Positions 57,640 to 64,000 of a stretch of DNA of 64,000 nucleotides are shown here, piece after piece. The stretch covers positions 10,944-74,943 of the forward strand of contig DATHZN010000083.1 in NCBI GenBank assembly GCA_035458585.1. Direction: 5' to 3'. The stretch comes from Marinobacterium sp. (GTDB lineage: Bacteria > Pseudomonadota > Gammaproteobacteria > Pseudomonadales > Balneatricaceae). The translations under genes were made by a program, and so were the position numbers. Within the stretch, counting starts at the first letter, position 1. Each line of letters starts with the position of its first letter. The notes under the pieces were generated by a model, which ran no database searches, was not told the origin of the DNA, and saw only the letters and a list, made by a program, of their open reading frames with translations.

Positions 57640-58641
57640 CTAGTTTGTAGGTCCCTCAGGTGTTTGACTTGCGTCCGTCAGCACCTCCCAATGCTGACAA
57701 TTTCTACTCTTCTTAGCGCGATAGAGTAAGTGATCGGCCTCTGCAAATAGCCAACGTCGTTCACGCATATTGAAGTCGGGTGCCAGACTGATTCCCCCCG
57801 CAGAGGCCGTTATCTTGCGGTCGATAACCCTGTCGTCGCTACTCAGTACAATCCGAGACAGTGCGGCTCGGCACTCCTCAACCCGCTGTTGCACCGTTTG
57901 GGATGACATGCCAGTGATCGCGACGAGAAACTCCTCCCCGCCAAAGCGAACAACATGATCAGTTGGTCGTTGAAAGAACTTTTTGAGTGTCTGTGCAATC
58001 GCTTTAATTGCCTCATCACCGATATCGTGACCATAGTCATCGTTGATTGATTTGAAGTGGTCGATGTCGAAAATGACTAGAGAGAAGTATTGATCCTCCC
58101 GCCGGCAGCGAGCGACCTCACGTTCAAACCAGGAGTTGAGGCTTCGGCGGTTCTCAAGACCGGTCAATTCATCATGAAAGGCGAGTTCCTCAAGCTTCTG
58201 TTTCCTGCGGAAATTAACACAGTGAGTGCGAAGCCGTGCAGCTAGCGCCGGGTAGGATGTGCGTTTAGAGACATAGTCGGTAACTCCAGCATCAAATGCC
58301 GTCGACTCAACGGCGTCAGAGCCGCTGCCAGTCACCATGATAATGGGGGTTTCCGTGCGACTCTCTATACGCCGTATCAGTTGAGTTGCCTCGGCACCAT
58401 TCGCCCCGGGCATGTTGAAGTCGATCAAGATAGCATCAACGGGCCAGTCGACCTCGAGTAATTTTAAAGCATCTTCGACGCTCTCTTTACAAATAAGCAC
58501 AAACTCATTGCCCAACGCGCGTCTTAGCGCCCGTAGTATCGTAATCTCGTCGTCGATCGCCAGGACTGTAAACAGATTTTCGCTGTCGTTTAGCTTTGGC
58601 GGTGCCGTCGCTTCTTTATGAATTTCAGTTGATGTCATCAT
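57640..58641 (-). CDS. Response-regulator diguanylate cyclase (REC-GGDEF)
   Basis: AIDDE, IDFNMP, DIDHFKSIND.YGH, I-site RPTD, GGEEF. Confidence 0.92.
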   Translation of the reverse strand: MMTSTEIHKEATAPPKLNDSENLFTVLAIDDEITILRALRRALGNEFVLICKESVEDALKLLEVDWPVDAILIDFNMPGANGAEATQLIRRIESRTETPIIMVTGSGSDAVESTAFDAGVTDYVSKRTSYPALAARLRTHCVNFRRKQKLEELAFHDELTGLENRRSLNSWFEREVARCRREDQYFSLVIFDIDHFKSINDDYGHDIGDEAIKAIAQTLKKFFQRPTDHVVRFGGEEFLVAITGMSSQTVQQRVEECRAALSRIVLSSDDRVIDRKITASAGGISLAPDFNMRERRWLFAEADHLLYRAKKSRNCQHWEVLTDASQTPEGPTN

Positions 58642-58907
58642 GAGGACTCCTGAGTAGCAGGACTCTGCGTGAATGGGTATCCCGACCCTTTCTCTTCCTC
58701 TCTTTTCCTGATTAATCTACCCCTGGCTGTGTTTGTGTCTTGCTCAAGTCCAAGTCCAAGTCCAAGTCGAATGTTGTATCCATGCTTGTCGGTTAGGCTG
58801 AAAAACAGTCGATCAAAAGTCGGACCGTTTTCGTTTAAGTGCGTGCCATCTCCACCCGATACTGGCTTAATGAAGGGATAGGGTGTGGCAATTTCTGACA
58901 AGCTCAT
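58638..58907 (-). CDS. Small hypothetical protein (89 aa) leading the c-di-GMP operon
   Basis: GGGAG RBS before ATG 58907; stop overlaps the next start (ATGA). Confidence 0.5.
   Translation of the reverse strand: MSLSEIATPYPFIKPVSGGDGTHLNENGPTFDRLFFSLTDKHGYNIRLGLGLGLEQDTNTARGRLIRKREEEKGSGYPFTQSPATQESS
58745..58768. repeat. (CAAGTC)x4 hexanucleotide tandem repeat
   Basis: Four perfect copies; read as RLGLGLGL on the minus strand. Confidence 0.9.
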
Positions 58908-59006
58908 GGTTACTCCCAATTTTTGGTTGTTATCCGGCAGATGTGCAATCTGCGGCATTTGGGATAACTTAATTGTGAGACTAGACTTTGAGTGCGCGAA
59001 CCTCTA

Positions 59007-59022
59007 TACCCATTAATTGGTA
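59007..59022. promoter_or_regulatory. NarL-type 7-2-7 inverted heptamer
   Basis: TACCCAT-TA-ATTGGTA in the divergent intergenic region beside a NarL-family regulator. Confidence 0.55.
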
Positions 59023-59072
59023 GGCTGAGTGTGTAGCTAGAGAGACGGGCTCATTTACGGGAGATTAGTCGG

Positions 59073-59741
59073 TTGTCGAACCCTACAGGCAGGTTCAAAG
59101 TGTTAGTTCTTGAGGACAACCTTACCATGGCTGCCCATCTAATTGAGGTGCTCAAACTTTGGGAGCGCGCGCCTGATATACGCCTTTGTGAAACCGTTGC
59201 CCAGAGCATAGAACTAATCAAGTTGGAGGCCATTGATCTGTTGATCGCCGATATACATCTACCGGATGGAGTGGGTATAGAGGCGATCACTTATTTGCGT
59301 AGCTACCAGCCTCAAGCTCAGTCGATCGTCTTCTCTGCGTTGAACGAGCGGACTGTGGTGCTGGAGGCGATTAAACAGGGCGCTAGTGGTTATATTCACA
59401 AAGAGGATCAAGCGGCAGATATTTTAAGTGCTTGTGAAGAGGTGTTGGCCGGCGGATCTCCGATGACAGCCAGTATCGCACGTCTGGTGATTGAATCCTT
59501 GCAGGGGAGTGTTGGCAATGCCGTGCCTGAAAATAGTGCATCTGATATACATCTGACTCCGAGAGAAAACGACGTACTAAACGCGCTTTCGCGGGGCTTT
59601 ACCAATAACGAGATCGCTGAACTGCTGAGCATTTCACAACAGACAATCCCTGTTCATGTCCGTAATATCTATCGAAAGCTTGCAGTTAAAAGCCGCACCG
59701 AGGCGGTTTTTGAAGCACGTAAACTTGGGTTACTAAAATGA
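59073..59741 (+). CDS. NarL/LuxR-family response regulator
   Basis: VLEDN, DIHLPDG, GASGYIHK, LTPRENDVL, HVRNIYRKL. Confidence 0.93.
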   Translation: MSNPTGRFKVLVLEDNLTMAAHLIEVLKLWERAPDIRLCETVAQSIELIKLEAIDLLIADIHLPDGVGIEAITYLRSYQPQAQSIVFSALNERTVVLEAIKQGASGYIHKEDQAADILSACEEVLAGGSPMTASIARLVIESLQGSVGNAVPENSASDIHLTPRENDVLNALSRGFTNNEIAELLSISQQTIPVHVRNIYRKLAVKSRTEAVFEARKLGLLK

Positions 59742-61621
59742 GTCTCAGGGGGCAGTACCTGCGTGTAGTAGGCCTGATCGTCCTCGCGCTAACCCTGGTC
59801 GCTGTCCTGCAGCAGTTTCTTGATTCTTACCTCGCAGGCGACTCACTAAAGGCTGTCCGATTGACAGAGACGACTCAAGGAAGTGAGAAGTTGCCACAGA
59901 GGTGGCAGGTGGAACGAGGTACGATTGAGACGCGAGTCTTCAGTTTTGACGTCTATATAGATACGACCCCTGACGCGCAATTGGCGATCTATTTCCCCGC
60001 TTTTGAGCAGCGGTTGAAGGTTGAGATTAATCAACACCCTTTGGTTGCTTCTGAATTGACAAACAGTTGGTTTGGTCCCCTGACGCTGGCGACGGCCTTT
60101 ATAGAGTTGCCGGCTGGGGTTTTGCGTCAGGGACATAATGAGGTTGAGGTGAGTGTTGAAGCGGGTCCGCTCGTTTCCGCGACCTTGTCGCCGTTTTTAA
60201 TTGGAGAGACCGATGCGCTTCGCTCTGTTGCCAACTTGCGGAAATTTGTTGGTGTGGACCTTGCCGAAATGTTGTTGGGTATTCACTTTTTGATGATTTT
60301 CATGTGCCTAATCGCGCTTTGGGAACACCCGCAAGAGTCCGGGTTTAAGTGGCTCATGATTTCGCTGATCCCATCGACACTGTTTTCCTTTGGGATTATG
60401 TCGGGCTACATTCCGTCATTTTATCTGTTGACTCCGACACTGTTTATCTCATCTGTTGTGACCAGCGCAGCCCTTTACGGCTTCTCCTTTGCCGTTGAGG
60501 GTAAGTCACCACCTCGGTGGTTGATCCCTGGTGTATGTCTCTATCTGGTGGTACTGATACCCACTGCCTTGCTCTTTCCAAGTGCGCTCAGAGCACTGGT
60601 GTTTCTGCTGGTTATACCACTTTTCATCCTGTTTCTTTTTGCCGGGCTTTGGCGTTTTATTGGATTAGTGGTTCGCTACCAAGGGGTTGGATACTTTTGG
60701 ATCTGCATCGGTATAGCGTTGGTTCTATTCTCCACCTTGCGAGACTGGTCTATGAGGGCTGGGTTGATCAATGACGGTGTATTTCTTTGGACCAGTCCCG
60801 TTCGTACCCTCTTGCTCGTCGGCGTCTGCACCTTTCTATTGAGCCGTATGGGAAGTCGCACTGAGGCCTTGAGAATCAGTAACGATGAGATCACACAGCG
60901 CCTTCAGGAGCGCGAGACTGAGCTTGACGATCTTTACAGGCGTCGCCAACTTTCAAAACAGCGTGAAGCCGTGGCTGAAGAGCGTGCACGCATACTGAAA
61001 GAGTTACACGATGGTGTTGCCGGTCAGTTGGTGGTGATCTCGACGCTCGCATCAAAGCGTGAACCTGATGCAGATGCGATACGTGTCACTGCCAAAAATG
61101 CGTTAACCGACCTGCGCTCTGTGGTTACTACACTGGCGATTAAAGAGACTGACTTGCTACAGATCCTCGGCATCTTTCGAGAAAAGTACCTATCTCAGCT
61201 CGACTCTCTCGGAGTCTCCGTTCACTGGAATCTGCTGCATGCTCCTGATGTGTACGGCTTCAACTCGCAGGATGCTCTCAATCTGACACGAATTCTGCAG
61301 GAAGCGCTGAATAACGCTGTAAAACACTCTGACTTGGAATCGATTAGCGTGTCAGCAGAAGAGCTTGAGTTGAATCCTGGCAATTTGGCTGTGAAACTGA
61401 CCTTTGAAAGCCACGGGGTAGGTGGCTTTGAACCAGTAAACCTGGGACAAGGTTTGAACAACATCGCACAGAGAGCTGATCAGCTTGGGGCCAGCGTCGA
61501 CTTTGTGCCGCTTGTTGGTGGTCTGAGTCTAGTAGTATTTTTTAGGGTTGAACGTCGCGAGTCTGATAACAGGCTTTGGCTTGATAGAGCGGGCAATGAG
61601 TTTGATATGACCAGCAGCTAG
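59738..61621 (+). CDS. Multi-TM sensor histidine kinase (HisKA_3 type)
   Basis: Periplasmic domain plus about 7 TM helices, ERARILKELHDG, QEALNNAVKHS, GQGL.NI..RA. Confidence 0.88.
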   Translation: MSLRGQYLRVVGLIVLALTLVAVLQQFLDSYLAGDSLKAVRLTETTQGSEKLPQRWQVERGTIETRVFSFDVYIDTTPDAQLAIYFPAFEQRLKVEINQHPLVASELTNSWFGPLTLATAFIELPAGVLRQGHNEVEVSVEAGPLVSATLSPFLIGETDALRSVANLRKFVGVDLAEMLLGIHFLMIFMCLIALWEHPQESGFKWLMISLIPSTLFSFGIMSGYIPSFYLLTPTLFISSVVTSAALYGFSFAVEGKSPPRWLIPGVCLYLVVLIPTALLFPSALRALVFLLVIPLFILFLFAGLWRFIGLVVRYQGVGYFWICIGIALVLFSTLRDWSMRAGLINDGVFLWTSPVRTLLLVGVCTFLLSRMGSRTEALRISNDEITQRLQERETELDDLYRRRQLSKQREAVAEERARILKELHDGVAGQLVVISTLASKREPDADAIRVTAKNALTDLRSVVTTLAIKETDLLQILGIFREKYLSQLDSLGVSVHWNLLHAPDVYGFNSQDALNLTRILQEALNNAVKHSDLESISVSAEELELNPGNLAVKLTFESHGVGGFEPVNLGQGLNNIAQRADQLGASVDFVPLVGGLSLVVFFRVERRESDNRLWLDRAGNEFDMTSS

Positions 61622-61707
61622 GTGTGTTGATTAGACACTTTAGGTCAGTTAATGATTCAAGCTGGTGCTTCTGTTTCAAGTGGGTTTACGCCGGGACTCG
61701 GTTAGCG

Positions 61708-61737
61708 AAAAAAAAGAGCGCCGAGGCGCTCTTTTTC
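61708..61737 (-). terminator. Bidirectional intrinsic terminator (rpsA and the kinase gene)
   Basis: A8-GAGCGC-cgag-GCGCTC-T5. Confidence 0.92.
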
Positions 61738-61753
61738 GATGCATCAACAGGAA

Positions 61754-63430
61754 TTACTTGTTGTTCATCTGTGCTTTGATGAGGTCACCAATGGTGGTTG
61801 GGCCTTCAACTTCGATCTCTGCGTTCTGAACTGCTTTCAGCGCCGCTTTCTCATCAGCCTGATCTTTCGCTTTGATTGACAGGTTGATAGCGCGGTTGCG
61901 GCGGTCAACGTTCACGATCTTAGCTTCAACACTGTCGCCAACGCTCAAAACAGAGGTTGCATCCTCTACACGGTCAGCTGAGAGTTCAGACACTTTCAAT
62001 ACCGCTTCAATGCCTTCAGCCAGTTCTACAGTGGCTGCTTTAGCGTCAACAGCGATAACCTTGCCGGTTACGATTGCACCACGGTCGTTAGCTGCGAGGT
62101 ACTCAGAGAACGGGTCGCTGGCCAGCTGCTTGATGCCCAGAGAGATACGCTCTTTCTCTGCGTCGATGGAGAGAATAACTGCTTCAACTTCATCGCCTTT
62201 CTTGAACTGACGCAGGGCAGTCTCAGCATCAGCTTCCCAAGTGATGTCAGACATGTGAACCAGACCGTCGAGGTCATTATCTAGGCCAACAAAGATACCG
62301 AAATCAGTGATGGTTTTGATAGTTCCTGAAACTTTATCGCCTGCAGCGTTCTGCTCGGAGAATGAAGTCCATGGGTTCTGAGTGCACTGCTTAATACCCA
62401 GAGAGATACGACGGCGCTCTTCATCAACGTCCAGTACCATCACTTCCACCTCTTCATTGATCTGTACGATCTTAGATGGGTGGATGTTTTTGTTAGTCCA
62501 AGACATTTCTGAAACGTGTACCAGACCTTCAACACCGTCTTCCAACGATGCAAAACAACCGTAGTCAGTCAGGTTGGTCACTTTCGCAGTTGCGCGAGTG
62601 CCTGCTGGGTAACGGTTCTTAATGGCTTCCCATGGGTCTTCTGAAAGCTGCTTCAGACCCAGCGAAATACGGCCATTTTCCTGATCGAACTTGATGATCT
62701 TAACCGAGATTTCGTCGCCCGGTGTCAGCATTTCACTTGGGTGCGAGATGCGCTTCCATGCCATGTCAGTGATGTGGAGCAGGCCATCGACGCCGCCCAG
62801 ATCAATAAATGCACCGTAGTTAGTGAGGTTCTTAACGAAACCTTTAACCACCTGACCTTCTGCCAGAGACGCGAGGATTTCATCACGTTTTTCGCTGTTT
62901 GCTTCCTGCAGAACCGCACGACGAGATACCACTACGTTGTTGCGCTTCTGGTCAAGCTTGATCAGTTTGAATTCAAGCTCTTTCCCTTCGAGGTGATCAA
63001 CGTCACGAACGGGGCGTACGTCTACCAGTGAACCTGGCAGGAAACCCTGGATGTTGTTGATGCTAACTGTGAAGCCGCCTTTGACCTTGCCAGAGATAAA
63101 ACCCTTAACAACTTCTTCAGCTTCAAATTTGGTCTGTAGAACTTCCCAAGCTTCAGAGCGTTTCGCTTTTTCGCGAGACAGTTTTGTCTCGCCAAAACCG
63201 TCTTCAACGGCTTCCAGTGCAACTTTAACGCTGTCACCGATAGCGATTTCGAGTTCGTTCGCATCGTTCAGGAACTGTGAACGTGGAATTACAGCTTCTG
63301 ATTTCAGGCCGGCATTTACAGTAACCCAGTCGCTGTCGATATCAACAACTTCACCAGTTACCAGTGTGCCTGGAGTCATCGCAAGGTCTTTGAGGGATTC
63401 TTCAAACAGATCAGCAAAGCTTTCGCTCAT
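61754..63430 (-). CDS. rpsA: 30S ribosomal protein S1
   Basis: [13 protein letters not shown]; six S1 repeats ([27 protein letters not shown]). Confidence 0.99.
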   Translation of the reverse strand: MSESFADLFEESLKDLAMTPGTLVTGEVVDIDSDWVTVNAGLKSEAVIPRSQFLNDANELEIAIGDSVKVALEAVEDGFGETKLSREKAKRSEAWEVLQTKFEAEEVVKGFISGKVKGGFTVSINNIQGFLPGSLVDVRPVRDVDHLEGKELEFKLIKLDQKRNNVVVSRRAVLQEANSEKRDEILASLAEGQVVKGFVKNLTNYGAFIDLGGVDGLLHITDMAWKRISHPSEMLTPGDEISVKIIKFDQENGRISLGLKQLSEDPWEAIKNRYPAGTRATAKVTNLTDYGCFASLEDGVEGLVHVSEMSWTNKNIHPSKIVQINEEVEVMVLDVDEERRRISLGIKQCTQNPWTSFSEQNAAGDKVSGTIKTITDFGIFVGLDNDLDGLVHMSDITWEADAETALRQFKKGDEVEAVILSIDAEKERISLGIKQLASDPFSEYLAANDRGAIVTGKVIAVDAKAATVELAEGIEAVLKVSELSADRVEDATSVLSVGDSVEAKIVNVDRRNRAINLSIKAKDQADEKAALKAVQNAEIEVEGPTTIGDLIKAQMNNK

Positions 63431-63571
63431 GAAATTTTCCTAATAAATAGATGCCTTTACGGCTATCTAGCCTACACCATCGGCTGTGCAGGGTCGGTTT
63501 CAAATACGTCTTATCAAGGGACTCGGCCGATGTGTGTCCAAAGTCAAGACGTGAAGTGACGCAAAATTATA
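63431..63571 (-). promoter_or_regulatory. rpsA promoter -10 element and three-hairpin 5' leader
   Basis: TATAAT at 63566-63571 (minus); stems 63506-63552, 63471-63492 and 63448-63469. Confidence 0.6.
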
Positions 63572-63609
63572 CAGAAGCTGCTTGAAAAAAGGTAGTGCTG
63601 TCGGTCCGG

Positions 63610-63999
63610 TTATCCGCTGATTGCGCTCTGCATCACGGCATCCAGAGCTTCGCGAAAGCTGCGTTGGCAGGGCGGTAGAACCACATCAAGGTCCTCCTTC
63701 AACGCCTCCGAGAGAGGATTAAGATCTGGTTCCTGTAACCAGGCTGCAACCGAGCGTAATTCGGCATTGGTGTTGGCGGCGACGCTTAAGGCGTTAGCAA
63801 CGCAGAAAGTGTAGGTGGGTAAGTAGCGTCGGATGACAATTGCTTTGCGTGCATCATCTAGGATCAGGTCATAAGTGCGAACCACATGGATATACTCTTG
63901 CTGTCCGGCGATTGCCATTAACTGGATCATCAGGCTGGAGTACTGTTCGGCTTCCGGTAGAGCCCGCAGACGTTGCTCGAGCTCTTGACGAACTCTTGC
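63610..63999 (-). CDS. Hypothetical protein, 5' part outside the window
   Basis: Frame stays open to the window edge (ARVRQELEQRLRALPEAEQYSSLMIQL...); no Cmk similarity evident. Confidence 0.7.
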   Translation of the reverse strand, partial: ARVRQELEQRLRALPEAEQYSSLMIQLMAIAGQQEYIHVVRTYDLILDDARKAIVIRRYLPTYTFCVANALSVAANTNAELRSVAAWLQEPDLNPLSEALKEDLDVVLPPCQRSFREALDAVMQSAISG

Positions 64000-64000
64000 A

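Overview
Chromosomal window from a GC-moderate gammaproteobacterium; gene content suggests a marine Oceanospirillales-type organism (inference). It is mostly housekeeping DNA: purL, sua5, the yci genes, tRNA-Glu/tRNA-Gly, yadGH-queF-copA, ftsA-ftsZ, the SRP RNA gene ffs, dnaX-ybaB-recR-rnd and rpsA. Two coherent modules sit within it. (1) A sigmaE(ECF11)-ChrR singlet-oxygen stress island at about 22.1-32.1 kb, with furan-fatty-acid-type genes, a photolyase and three readable TGAWCY-N16/17-CGTA promoters. (2) A c-di-GMP and two-component signalling island at about 52.2-61.6 kb. No transposase, integrase, phage gene or CRISPR array was seen. The most unusual non-coding signals are: four TCAA-N9-TTGA palindromes in exact 32-bp phase upstream of an ftsAZ pair detached from the dcw cluster; a roughly 200-nt structured element behind the tRNAs; a complete dnaX -1 frameshift cassette; MetR-type boxes in front of an MTHFR-like gene; and a sigma32-type promoter for the yadGH-queF-copA operon. 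All family calls come from motif recognition by eye; no searches were run.
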